DNA of 64,000 nucleotides from Hormiphora californensis. Taxonomy: Eukaryota > Animalia > Ctenophora. The position numbers and the translations under genes were made by a program. Positions within the stretch are counted from its first letter, which is position 1, and each line of letters begins with the position of its first letter. The notes under the pieces were generated by a model. That model worked only from the letters and a program-made list of their open reading frames with translations, did no database searches and had not been told where the DNA came from. The stretch spans positions 248,001 through 312,000 of the forward strand of contig CM035358.1 in the NCBI GenBank assembly GCA_020137815.1, written 5' to 3'. Positions 31,301 to 39,930 of the stretch are shown here, piece after piece.

Positions 31301-32131
31301 CAGGAAGCAACTGATGACTTCTCCAAAGACTTTTGGAAGCTATGCAACAACTCTGTTTACGGAAAATTTATTGAGTCAGTGAGAAAAAGAACTGATGTCA
31401 AGGTGGTTACTACTGAGAAGGCGGCGTTAAAGCTAACATCGAAGCCGCAGTATATGGGAGCCCATATCTTGGACGAAGACATCACCTTAGTCCAGTGCTC
31501 CAAGGCGAGAATTGTACTCAACAAACCCATTTTTTGTGGTTTCATGGTGCTAGAAAATGCCAAGCACATTATGTACCAGTTTTGGTACGAAGTTCTGAAG
31601 CCCCGATATGGTGACAAAATCAAGCTCCTGTTCAGCGACACAGACTCCTTTGTCTATTCCGTCCAAACAGAGGACAGCTATCAAGACCTTTTCAATATGA
31701 AGGATTTGATGGACCTCTCTGGGTACAAAGAAGGAACTTCTCTGTCACAGTTCCGAAACATGGAGAACAAAAAGGTCCCAGGAAAGTTTTCTGACGAGCT
31801 TCCTACTGAGATTATCAGAGAAGTGATTGTCCTGAAGCCAAAGATGTACTCGATCCTTACAAAGAAGCTGACTGGTCCGGACGCTGGTCATACAGCAAAG
31901 GCTAAGGGTGTATCACGCACTGCAAAGAAGCACATCACTCATGAGAACTATAGGACAATTCTTCAAGAGAGTGGCACTTCCCTAGCCACGAGCAGAGCTA
32001 TCAGAACACTGAAAAACAATATGTATACTGTCAATGTGTGTAAGAGAGCATTATCTGCTTTTGATGATAAGAAATATGTTTTAGACAATGGTATAGATAT
32101 GCTAAGTTATGGTCATTACAAGCTTAGATAA
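28367..32131 (+). CDS. polB: Protein-primed family B DNA polymerase (pPolB), 1254 aa
   Basis: N-terminal C2H2-type fingers, GSGW motif, OTU-like DNRC...SHF. ExoI YYDFEC, inserted EndoVII-like CHIC...RDHDH...ACNKCN, ExoII AHNMKGYD, ExoIII YVLTD. Polymerase motifs YIDANNLYG, KLCNNSVYGK, SDTDS, PKMY. Confidence 0.96.
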   Translation: MNRSKSRHQKKKVKCRRCEKFVLARNLNRHLLTHNMKIECPTCKRNVREDRFFNHQVLCHDHLDESLCNRVTGVHEHMDKSHCSSVNGFFNSYELRFSSTEDYNSIFEKACSTARPIIQAAVQRHPVKCQLIVCLSFYKESDGQRKESEKVFRSHCEPLLVGDNVEEFFRRAQIILRHSVEVYERHGSGWNFDQHKCSKLEIARYSPLEGSGFVAVTKKLSNMRSTLNITSNDNRCFLYCILAHLFPVKDHPNRHTSYKKYENGNHVDKNGNTRNFNMGGVNFPVQLKDIPKVERLNELSISVFQWCEGEFGQEYVIPLKHGTGAGEQIDLLYIEDDGTSHFMLIKDFNAFMRHRTKHHNSMFYCRKCLHGFVSQDKQEQHTDFCMQGLNQIPVMPKPGFIEFDAEHKQDKKLFRIYYDFECLTVPYSTCMPESSSTTLVQKHIPCGFAIVAVSEFQEFNEEPVVFSHPDPSIVSKTFLKELSRIHDNMMECYEKNQHPIDMTDDDELEFQASSFCHICHRGLDWESKTNYPVRDHDHTKKTHNFRGAACNKCNLNFFNRTKKVPAIAHNMKGYDLNLFLRDLVRFCQEDDERDADLESPNSPPISLIPENLEKIKAVFTDKFTFLDSFAFLSTSLDRLASNLKKSGIDKFSSLKKQFPEKCELLAEKGVFFYDYATSFSVFEEKVLPPKEAFYSQLSESHISEKDYQRAQDVYKVMGCKNLLDYMHLYVLTDTLQLCDVFENFRSLCLEAHGLDPCHYVSLPAFAWDAMLRMTKVKLEVLTDIDMYTFLEKALRGGVTTVNHRHAKANNKYLDDFNPEDPISFINYIDANNLYGASMKNKMPTKNFKWLSQEEIDSIDIQKLDPEGDKCYIFEVDLDYPDHLHDSHTDYPLAVEGKLVEEALLSDYNKQFLEQHGEVFSSSRKLIPDLFTKERYTCSLKNLQLFLKHGLVLTKIHRILTADQEDFMTPYINFNSAKRQEATDDFSKDFWKLCNNSVYGKFIESVRKRTDVKVVTTEKAALKLTSKPQYMGAHILDEDITLVQCSKARIVLNKPIFCGFMVLENAKHIMYQFWYEVLKPRYGDKIKLLFSDTDSFVYSVQTEDSYQDLFNMKDLMDLSGYKEGTSLSQFRNMENKKVPGKFSDELPTEIIREVIVLKPKMYSILTKKLTGPDAGHTAKAKGVSRTAKKHITHENYRTILQESGTSLATSRAIRTLKNNMYTVNVCKRALSAFDDKKYVLDNGIDMLSYGHYKLR

Positions 32132-32294
32132 GTACAGATCACTGTCAGGCTTCATGCATGTGATTGATACTGTGGTCAGGCTTCATGCACACAGTTTGTA
32201 CAATTTCTTGTAACGACCATTAAGTACAGATCACTGTCAGGCTTCATGCATGTGATTAATACTGTGGTCAGGCTTCATGCACACAGTTTGTACA
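32129..32294 (+). repeat. Two ~74-bp direct repeats (92-bp spacing) after the polB stop
   Basis: TAAGTACAGATCACTGTCAGGCTTCATGCATGTGATT..GTGGTCAGGCTTCATGCACACAGTTTGTACA at 32129 and 32221. Confidence 0.85.
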
Positions 32295-32358
32295 GTGTAA
32301 GACAATCAAAACGAACTATTTTAGATTTAAAATGTACACAATTACTTTTTTTACAAAA

Positions 32359-32775
32359 TCAATTTGTTTTATTTTTCTTGACGCTCTTACGCTTTTTAGT
32401 CTTTTTCAAACTAATTATTTGGTCGTTATCCTCAGAGACGTATCTACCAAAGTACACTGCGTCTGGAGTAACACTCAGTAGAAAGTTTCTTGCGAACTCA
32501 AGGTAATACTTTTTATCCTCTTCCGGTTTGTCAGAATGGGGTATAACATGGTCGATCGATGTGTATTCATTTTCCAAGTTTTTGAATAGGTTCCCTTTAG
32601 CTGGTTCGAAGTATTTGACTAGTTTCTCATACAATGAAAGTTGGTGACATAGATGTAGCAATGGGGAGTTTAACTGTTCCTTGTGACCAGGGCAATCCTT
32701 TTCAGAAATCTTCATTGCATTTCGGATAAGTCGATCGCAGAGGACAGCAAGCCAAACATTCTCCAGGAACAACAT
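32359..32775 (-). CDS. Polinton hypothetical protein (138 aa, basic C-tail)
   Basis: Open ORF with ATG. TATA-like TATAAAAA ~30 bp upstream on the minus strand and KKTKKRK NLS-like tail. Confidence 0.65.
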   Translation of the reverse strand: MLFLENVWLAVLCDRLIRNAMKISEKDCPGHKEQLNSPLLHLCHQLSLYEKLVKYFEPAKGNLFKNLENEYTSIDHVIPHSDKPEEDKKYYLEFARNFLLSVTPDAVYFGRYVSEDNDQIISLKKTKKRKSVKKNKTN

Positions 32776-32890
32776 TGTGAATGAAAGGTAATCAAGTCAG
32801 TCCCTTTTTATATGTACAAATAAGCTGACCAATCAGCGCTCAGTATTTCTAAAATCATTCATTTCTTGATTTTACAAATACTCTTTTGTT

Positions 32891-33475
32891 TTAGCTCATG
32901 ACACTTTTCAAAAATATAATACTCTCTCGTAAAACATTAACTATATTTACAAAAGATTTTCGATTTTTCAGGACTAGACTCTTAACCTTGGCGAGTGGTA
33001 GATCCTCAATCTTGGCGATGAAATTCCGATCTTCACTGGTTAAATGGAGTCGCTGCGGTGCTGTTATAGGGACGACTCCATAACTCAGGCCTACAATCAG
33101 TTTTTGGAAAGAAGTAAGTAACTTTTTGGTTAACGTGTTCACATGACCTTCAGACACACGTTCACAAATCCGGAAGTAATCATTCACCGTTTCACTATTT
33201 ACAACACGGTTGGAAAAAGCATTGAATTTAGGGTCATCAAAATTGATTTTTAGTTCTTTTAACTGATCATTTAATATCTTGATCTTTTTCTGGCTTTCTT
33301 GGTTGATTCTCTGGCAATCCTTCAGTTTGTTTTTGTATAGTCTTTCAAATTTGGTTGATTTAGACGCCTGTGGTTTGGTTTGGTCTTTAGTAGATTCTGC
33401 CTTCTTGCAATGTTCTTCGTGTTGGAGCAAAGACGTCCAATTTTCGAAAGATTGTTTACAAAATTTGCACTCCAT
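32891..33475 (-). CDS. Polinton hypothetical protein with N-terminal zinc finger and coiled coil (194 aa)
   Basis: MECKFCKQSFENWTSLLQHEEHC (C2HC-type). TATAAATA on the minus strand at ~33501-33508. Confidence 0.7.
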   Translation of the reverse strand: MECKFCKQSFENWTSLLQHEEHCKKAESTKDQTKPQASKSTKFERLYKNKLKDCQRINQESQKKIKILNDQLKELKINFDDPKFNAFSNRVVNSETVNDYFRICERVSEGHVNTLTKKLLTSFQKLIVGLSYGVVPITAPQRLHLTSEDRNFIAKIEDLPLAKVKSLVLKNRKSFVNIVNVLRESIIFLKSVMS

Positions 33476-33532
33476 TTTTTGGTTAACTCGGAGAAAAACC
33501 TATTTATACCCTCGCAGAGAGTTGCTATTCAT

Positions 33533-34561
33533 ATGGAATCTTATACAGACCCAAAATTTCCTGGAGCTTTTACTGGGAAGGCTGCCTTCCATCGGGCACT
33601 TGGAAAAGGAAAACTTTCTGATGTGACTAAATTTCTAGAAGGGAATAATGCATACACATTGCATAAGCCTACACAAAAGCCTCGCCGTTTTAGGAGAATC
33701 TATTCACGTGGAATTGGCTATCATTTTCAGGCAGACTTGGTCGACATGAGCTCAGACTCTGCTGCAAATGACGGATACAAATGGATAATTACTGTGATCG
33801 ATACATTCTCTAAGCGTCTTTGGGCTTTTAAAATTAAAAACAAGACTGCTAATACTGTCTATAACGCGTTGAAATCACTGATTGAAACACATAAGCCACA
33901 AAAGTTTGAGACAGATGAGGGAGGTGAATTTTTGAACAAAAAGTTCCAACGCTTTTTAGCAGCTAACGGTGTGGATCATTATTCAGTTTCGTCGGATCGC
34001 AAATGTGCGATTGTTGAACGAGTGAACAGAACTTTACGTACGCGTATGTTTAGAGCATTCACTGCTTTGGGTAAACCTCGATGGGTCGACATTCTAGATG
34101 ATTTGGTGAATGGGTACAACCATAGTTATCATAGATCGATTAAAATGCGTCCTGTGGACGTGACCCAGGAAAATGAGAAGAAAGTTCGCAAAATACTATA
34201 CCCCCCACGTCCTAAAAAACGACCACCTAAGCTTGCAGTAGGTGATAGTGTTCGGATAACTCGCCTGAAAAATCCCTTCGAAAAGGGCTCTGAACAGTCT
34301 TGGCAGCACGAAATATTTACTATCAGCCAGGTAAAAAATACAGACCCAGTCACCTATAGTATAAAAGACTTTAACGGTGAGGTATTAAAGGGAAGTTTCT
34401 ATGAAGTAGAGGTCCAGAAAGTGAATATATCAAGCGGTATCTTTCCAGGTGACGTTATCCAGACAAGAAAAGAGAAGGGAAAGCTGAAATATTTAATTAA
34501 GTGGAAAGGTTACCCTGACGCAGCCAATACTTGGGTAGATCATAGTGAAGTTTATAACTAG
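33533..34561 (+). CDS. Retroviral-like (RVE) integrase with C-terminal chromodomain
   Basis: QADLVDM, IDTFSK, TDEGGEF, IVERVNRTLR (DDE), YNHSYHRSIKMRP, KGSFYEVE. Chromodomain YLIKWKGYPDAANTW. First ATG at 33533. Confidence 0.95.
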   Translation: MESYTDPKFPGAFTGKAAFHRALGKGKLSDVTKFLEGNNAYTLHKPTQKPRRFRRIYSRGIGYHFQADLVDMSSDSAANDGYKWIITVIDTFSKRLWAFKIKNKTANTVYNALKSLIETHKPQKFETDEGGEFLNKKFQRFLAANGVDHYSVSSDRKCAIVERVNRTLRTRMFRAFTALGKPRWVDILDDLVNGYNHSYHRSIKMRPVDVTQENEKKVRKILYPPRPKKRPPKLAVGDSVRITRLKNPFEKGSEQSWQHEIFTISQVKNTDPVTYSIKDFNGEVLKGSFYEVEVQKVNISSGIFPGDVIQTRKEKGKLKYLIKWKGYPDAANTWVDHSEVYN

Positions 34562-35161
34562 ATGCCTATTAAGTTTTTAGCGAACCATAATGCCATAGTT
34601 TATGGGCAAACCGGAGCAGGAAAGACTCAATTCATTTTACGTGTGATTAGAGAAAGACTAATTGAGCCATTCCCAGAGCGAATATTTTACATGTATTCAG
34701 TCGAACAGCCCTTTATGAGGGAGCACCCTGAAATTTGTTTTATAGAGGGTTTGGATTTTGCCAAGGTCGACACTAGCAAACCAAGTATGCTTGTAATTGA
34801 TGATTTATTGCTTAGTCTAAACAAAGAAGTTGCCTCTGCGTTTATCATGGGGTCCCACCATAGAAAGATCAGCTTGTTTTTCATCACCCAAAATCTATTC
34901 CCCAATTGTGAAACGTTTCGAACTATGTCAGCCAACGCTCACTATTATGTTCTGTTTCAAAATCAGAGAAATTTTCGACAAATCAACACTTTGGCTAGAC
35001 AGGTTTTTGTTGGAAAAGATGTTGATAGAATTTTGGAAGCGTATAAAAGGGCGTCAGATAAACCCCGAGGATTCGTTTTGTTAAGTTTTTCGCCCCTACT
35101 TCCAAAAGAATTGACTGTGATTACAGATTATTGGGATCCATGGGTAAGCGTATATCTCTAA
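34562..35161 (+). CDS. A32/FtsK-like genome packaging ATPase
   Basis: Walker A GQTGAGKT, Walker B LVIDD, GSHHR, FITQN. Confidence 0.92.
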   Translation: MPIKFLANHNAIVYGQTGAGKTQFILRVIRERLIEPFPERIFYMYSVEQPFMREHPEICFIEGLDFAKVDTSKPSMLVIDDLLLSLNKEVASAFIMGSHHRKISLFFITQNLFPNCETFRTMSANAHYYVLFQNQRNFRQINTLARQVFVGKDVDRILEAYKRASDKPRGFVLLSFSPLLPKELTVITDYWDPWVSVYL

Positions 35162-35430
35162 AGAAACATCGGTTTATCCTAAAACAGTATGCTGGAACTA
35201 CTTCAGCAAAACGGAAAGCCATAGTTGAGGGGGCTCCGTCTGTATTTTTCACGGTGATGCGTGAAATTGGTAAAAGAGCGTTAAAACTAGGTGTTAGAAA
35301 ATCTGTTTCCAAAAAGTTGGTGGATTCAAGCAGTATAAAAGACGTTATGATAAAAAATAATAAACTAGTGGCGGAAATTATTCGGAAAGTTCTGCGAAAT
35401 GAGTCGTTATATTCTAGTTCCCATGCATAA
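35131..35430 (+). CDS. Small basic Polinton protein
   Basis: K/R-rich 99-aa ORF overlapping the ATPase end, in a tightly packed block. Confidence 0.55.
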   Translation: MGSMGKRISLKKHRFILKQYAGTTSAKRKAIVEGAPSVFFTVMREIGKRALKLGVRKSVSKKLVDSSSIKDVMIKNNKLVAEIIRKVLRNESLYSSSHA

Positions 35431-35668
35431 TGGGAAAAGTAAGGAAATTAGTATCCCGGCAAACCTGTACACTCCTTCTTCCGGTACGGATCCGTTGATC
35501 AATGCTTGTACCAGATTATTTCATATTGAGAATGGGAAAATTCACCATAATGGTGAGGATCTAGGTATAAATTTCAGAGAGTTTATCAAGGACACGAAGA
35601 AGAGAAAATTTTTAACCAAATATGAGCGTGTTTATTCAATTTTGAAGTCAATTGGGTTAGAATTGTAA
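35399..35668 (+). CDS. Small Polinton hypothetical protein
   Basis: 89-aa ORF (MSRYILVP...) in the same packed block. Confidence 0.55.
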   Translation: MSRYILVPMHNGKSKEISIPANLYTPSSGTDPLINACTRLFHIENGKIHHNGEDLGINFREFIKDTKKRKFLTKYERVYSILKSIGLEL

Positions 35669-35677
35669 TACGACTGT

Positions 35678-36115
35678 TTAGTTTGTAATTTGATTAAAAA
35701 TACTTATAATATTACTTGTTTTATAATTTTTCAAAAAATCTCCCACATCTAGACCTACACATTTCATAAAAATAAAGTGGATACAATGTAACCCACACCA
35801 CGGCGAACCAGGTTTTTGTACTGGGTTAGAAACAAATTTACACTTTTCAAATTTCTCTGAAAAATCAATAAAATCATGCGGGAACGCACTGTTAAACGGG
35901 GATCGACCAAATGAGTCAAAAAACATAACTTCTTTGCCCCTGACAAACCATGCAACCCAATGTTTTCCTGGTTTATCATGTTCATCTGTATTTGTTATGA
36001 AACAAAATACTTTCTTTCTCGATGTAGGGATCTTGCATGCTGGGTAAGTCCCTAAAAAATACCTTTTGGTATAGTCATTGTTTTTTAAAAACTGATTAAG
36101 AGCACGAGCGTTCAT
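35678..36115 (-). CDS. Adenain-like (adenoviral-type) cysteine maturation protease
   Basis: NTD...GKHWVA...FFDSFG...Q...WCGLHC catalytic His/Asp/Gln/Cys pattern. Confidence 0.93.
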   Translation of the reverse strand: MNARALNQFLKNNDYTKRYFLGTYPACKIPTSRKKVFCFITNTDEHDKPGKHWVAWFVRGKEVMFFDSFGRSPFNSAFPHDFIDFSEKFEKCKFVSNPVQKPGSPWCGLHCIHFIFMKCVGLDVGDFLKNYKTSNIISIFNQITN

Positions 36116-37548
36116 TCCACAATATCAATAGATCTATCACCGTGGATTTTGACCAAACGATCGTAAACCGCATATATGATTAGAACTATATCACTTTTAT
36201 AGGTTTGATCTGTGTCAATTTCCAAATTAGTCGAACTAGCTATTTGAGGAGATATATAGCCATGCAGGGATTCCCCATTTCTCCCTGGCTGGAAAGAAAC
36301 ACCGACCATGAAGTTTTGTTGAAAATTTAGAGAGTTGATTAGACAGGTTCCCCGTTCACTTTTACCAATACTCGCATAAAGCTGCCGTAAAAATGATCCA
36401 CTTTTATCGAATATTTTTTTACCATTAGATAAATAAGTTTCAGTAGTAAGAGGGTCAGCAAAATATGGTTTCCCATCAAGATGAATTTGGAAACGTTCCA
36501 TGGGTAAAAACGCAAATGGGTTCCCTTTAAAGCGTCCCTCAAAATCTTCTGTAAACTGCAGGCAAAAGAATGCATGATGTGGTATTTTATTATCAGGAAA
36601 CAGGTTATTTAGGCGAATATGCTGACCCTGTGTGCCAACAGGCTTGACAATAATCTCTGGTTTAGAAATATAATAAGGTGCTGCTTCTTTTGCTAACCGC
36701 TCCTCGACAAGATTCAAAAATACATCAGATGGACGGAGGTATCGAGCAATTAGGTGAACGTCGGTAATTTTTACTGAATAATCATCCGTATCTATATTTG
36801 CCAGAATTAAAAATCTGTCAAGATTCTTTGTTAGGCTGATATTAATACTCATATTTGGCGGTAAAACCTTGTGGGTGTTGAAAAGAGGGCAATGGAGTTT
36901 GCTGACCACTGTAGTTTCCTCAAAAGTTGCCCTTCTTCTTTTGATGCCAGATACGTTTTCACTATATCTTGCGATCTTCGCCTTTTGTTCTGTTTGGCCA
37001 GCAGCAGCTTCTTTACCTGCATCGATGTAAATATCTAGATCATCATAATTAATCCCATAATCTCTGCTAATACCGGCAAATGTCACATCATTTGCGTCTT
37101 CTTTTGAGATGCCGGAGTCCATGACAAAGATCTGATCTTTCCTTAGATTATCCAGTCGATTCGGGTCTGTATTTAAAACAATATCAAAATAAGACATGTA
37201 TGCATAACTGTTTCTCATGCTCTGCATAATGTCTACTCGATCGGACACCTTAACTTCGACCAATCCCCAGAGAGAATTAGTAAAGTTGTTAATAATGGAA
37301 ACATTTTCAGCGATAGGAGCTTTTACGGTGCCTTTATGTATTTCGAATTTTGTAACAATATCTATTCCCTGAAGCATCCCCTGTGGTTGGGGAGGAACTG
37401 TGAAACTTGCTGGAGCATTTCCGGAAAAAGTTTCCCTTGGATAGACCTTAAGTTCATATGTATTATCAATGGATACATTGGTTGACGGTTTCTGCCAAAG
37501 CAGAAGGTCTGTTGAGATTGCTTCAGGGAGATTCTTAAAAGTCCTCAT
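36112..37548 (-). CDS. Major capsid protein (double jelly-roll, Polinton type), 478 aa
   Basis: Size, position next to protease and penton, and Polinton MCP-like segments (INNFTNSLW..V, YAYMSY, LHCPLF...LPPNMSINISL, GNPFAF, C-terminal LIIYAVYDRLVKI). Confidence 0.85.
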   Translation of the reverse strand: MRTFKNLPEAISTDLLLWQKPSTNVSIDNTYELKVYPRETFSGNAPASFTVPPQPQGMLQGIDIVTKFEIHKGTVKAPIAENVSIINNFTNSLWGLVEVKVSDRVDIMQSMRNSYAYMSYFDIVLNTDPNRLDNLRKDQIFVMDSGISKEDANDVTFAGISRDYGINYDDLDIYIDAGKEAAAGQTEQKAKIARYSENVSGIKRRRATFEETTVVSKLHCPLFNTHKVLPPNMSINISLTKNLDRFLILANIDTDDYSVKITDVHLIARYLRPSDVFLNLVEERLAKEAAPYYISKPEIIVKPVGTQGQHIRLNNLFPDNKIPHHAFFCLQFTEDFEGRFKGNPFAFLPMERFQIHLDGKPYFADPLTTETYLSNGKKIFDKSGSFLRQLYASIGKSERGTCLINSLNFQQNFMVGVSFQPGRNGESLHGYISPQIASSTNLEIDTDQTYKSDIVLIIYAVYDRLVKIHGDRSIDIVE

Positions 37549-37889
37549 ACTCTTGCTTTAACTGGATATGGCGTAACTCGTCTTTTGATTCTACGATTAG
37601 CTGCAACTCGCTTGTTTATTCGACGTTTTTTCGAAGAATGATTTGCTGACGGGGTCTGTCTTACCCCTTTTATAGATTTCTTGACTACCGTGTCAACAAT
37701 TTTTTTCACACCCTCGGCCGCTAAAGGAGCGATTATTGGGACAGCGCCACGTAAAATTGACGAAAACACTGCACCCACCCCTTCACCATTTTGATCGTAA
37801 ACGTAGTAACCTTCTTTATCTAATCCTTTCCCGTGTTGTAAAATCATACGACGGTAAGAAGGCGTGTTACTAAGTGAAACAACTTCCAT
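37545..37889 (-). CDS. Putative virion core / membrane-active protein (114 aa)
   Basis: QxGxG putative protease sites (QHGKG, QNGEG) followed by amphipathic VGAVFSSILRGAVPII and an Arg/Lys-rich tail. TATAAAAG ~35 bp upstream. Confidence 0.65.
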   Translation of the reverse strand: MEVVSLSNTPSYRRMILQHGKGLDKEGYYVYDQNGEGVGAVFSSILRGAVPIIAPLAAEGVKKIVDTVVKKSIKGVRQTPSANHSSKKRRINKRVAANRRIKRRVTPYPVKARV

Positions 37890-37952
37890 AATTAATGAAA
37901 ATGAATTATTTTACAAATAAATCCTTTTATACTCTACGAAACATATTCCTTT

Positions 37953-38693
37953 TTATACTCCACGAATATGTAATGTTAACACAATATCTCGATATGAAGA
38001 AAACTTAATTAACTCTCCCTTTAGGTCCCTGATTGTAAACTCAAGATACGAAAATTGATTGACTTGAATTGGAATGTAGTTTGGGTTTATAACCTCCCAC
38101 GTTTTGTATGCATTCGGTCCGATATCAAAAGGAACCACTTGAAGTAACTTTGATCTATACCCATTAAGGTAACTACTTTCAATAAGATTACAATAAATGA
38201 AACCAGGTTGAACAGAAACTTGCTTCAACTCCGATATCCAATCTATAGCCGTATTTGTGATGTACCATTCACTTATACCGATTTTGCTTATTACTTTTTT
38301 AGGTTTTAAGATACGGGGTACATGTAATATTTGAACACCCTCAGTTCCAGTCAAAATTTGTACTCCTGGTTTGCCCTGTTTAGCTTTCCCTTTACGTTGT
38401 TTCACAAGTATTGGAAGTATAAAATCAGTAGCAAATTTTTTAACCTGCTCCAAGAGATGGTCAAGCAGTTGAAGTCTAGATGGTTTTTTTGCTAAATCTG
38501 CGTACTCATTCAAATTTACAATAGGAAGAATGTAATGTTTTCGATTGATCAAAAACTCAAAGTAAAACTCCGAAATTTCCCCATATGATATAGACTTGAT
38601 TCCAATTTCTAAATTTTGTTGATTAACTGGATCAATTGACGAAATAAGAGGATTTTCACCATTTTTGGTAGCGATGATTATATGTGAATCCAT
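37953..38693 (-). CDS. Minor capsid protein (penton, single jelly-roll)
   Basis: FIYCNLIESSYLNG..SKLLQVVP...NPNYIPI....FSYLEFTIRDLKGELIKF...LTLHIR is the typical Polinton penton C-terminus. Confidence 0.88.
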   Translation of the reverse strand: MDSHIIIATKNGENPLISSIDPVNQQNLEIGIKSISYGEISEFYFEFLINRKHYILPIVNLNEYADLAKKPSRLQLLDHLLEQVKKFATDFILPILVKQRKGKAKQGKPGVQILTGTEGVQILHVPRILKPKKVISKIGISEWYITNTAIDWISELKQVSVQPGFIYCNLIESSYLNGYRSKLLQVVPFDIGPNAYKTWEVINPNYIPIQVNQFSYLEFTIRDLKGELIKFSSYRDIVLTLHIRGV

Positions 38694-38732
38694 TTTACGA
38701 AAATCAGGTTTAATTGGTCTTATATAGGGTGA

Positions 38733-39359
38733 CTAGACTGGACTAGAACATGGTACTGTCAAATTTGATTGAGCGGTTTCCTGGATTTCCTCTGTTTTAT
38801 AATCATCTAAACTCTCTATTTCCTCAGGTCCTGAGTCAGGGGTACGACGAATACTATGATATAGAGAAGAAAGTTGTTCTGGCATGAACTTTCCCATGTA
38901 AAAACTAATAAAAATAAATGCGGTAAGCGCCGATAAACCAACAGCTGAAGTATCATCCCATCTGCAGTTTAAGTTGGTGATTTTTTCTTCTGTTGTGTTG
39001 TATATTATCGATTCGGTGGGCCTTGCCTGACCCCGAACATTTGATAGAAATTTAATAGGACAGAAAAATGTCACTTGATCTGTAGTGGTGTTAATAGGAC
39101 TTCCTTTACTAACACCAGGTATCATTGGAAAACCATTTAACTTCATGGACGGCCATTCAAAACTGTAGACATCTGTAGTAGGTAGGGTATACTGTTGAAA
39201 AACTGAGTCATTCATGATCATTAGCTCCGTGTAATCTTGTCTTCTAGATAAAAACACATGTTTTCCCAAAGCTAAGAATGTGGAACAGTTTTTGCTGTCA
39301 GTGTCAAATTCCACAAAAAAGGAGCTCGCGAACAAATATGAAAGAATGTAGCCGAACAT
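38733..39359 (-). CDS. Predicted type I membrane glycoprotein (208 aa), unknown function
   Basis: Hydrophobic N-terminus, sequons NCS/NDS/NTT/NTT, 3 ectodomain Cys, TM AVGLSALTAFIFISFYMG, acidic tail. TATATAAAAG upstream. Confidence 0.6.
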   Translation of the reverse strand: MFGYILSYLFASSFFVEFDTDSKNCSTFLALGKHVFLSRRQDYTELMIMNDSVFQQYTLPTTDVYSFEWPSMKLNGFPMIPGVSKGSPINTTTDQVTFFCPIKFLSNVRGQARPTESIIYNTTEEKITNLNCRWDDTSAVGLSALTAFIFISFYMGKFMPEQLSSLYHSIRRTPDSGPEEIESLDDYKTEEIQETAQSNLTVPCSSPV

Positions 39360-39646
39360 CGTTAGAAATGAGTGTGTTTAGTTGCTTTTATATAAAAATC
39401 GCTCAAGTTTTAATCTGACGTAGTTTCTGTTTCAGACTGACGTACGATAGAACCAACTCAGGACAATACGGACTATTTAAAGCAGCAATCTGACATGGTG
39501 ACATTGATGGAAACGAGGATATTCTAGACACTACTGCGTCGTACCACGTTTCGGTTCTGTCACCAATCTTGGAATACGTTTATTATCTGAGACCCCGGTG
39601 TCGGTAACTGTTTTCATATAAAACGACTGTGTTAATTCTTAGCAAA

Positions 39647-39877
39647 ATGGCAGACAACTGGTCTGATTGGTCAGATGATGAAGATGGTATCGAATTTGAT
39701 AAAGAATTATGGGACGATTTCAACATTGAAATACCACATGTACATACATTTCTCCATCAGCAACAGACAAAAGATGATATAGCAAGAGCTAATGAACGAT
39801 TTAACATGTTTTATAATGAACTTGTGAGCATGCGTGAAACCAAGGTTTACTTTTCTGATATTGTTTATGTTTTTTGA
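39647..39877 (+). CDS. Small acidic Polinton protein
   Basis: MADNWSDWSDDEDG...; TATAAAA at ~39617 and AATAAA just after the stop. Confidence 0.55.
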   Translation: MADNWSDWSDDEDGIEFDKELWDDFNIEIPHVHTFLHQQQTKDDIARANERFNMFYNELVSMRETKVYFSDIVYVF

Positions 39878-39930
39878 AAAAATAAAATTTCCGTGTCCTT
39901 ATAGTTCGAATGACCAAATTCAGCAGCAAT

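Noticed and set aside
33380-33532. N-terminal extension of integrase in the ORF track
   Set aside because: Non-ATG start overlapping the divergent gene; ATG 33533 fits the usual Polinton integrase start (Y.DP..PGAF.G).
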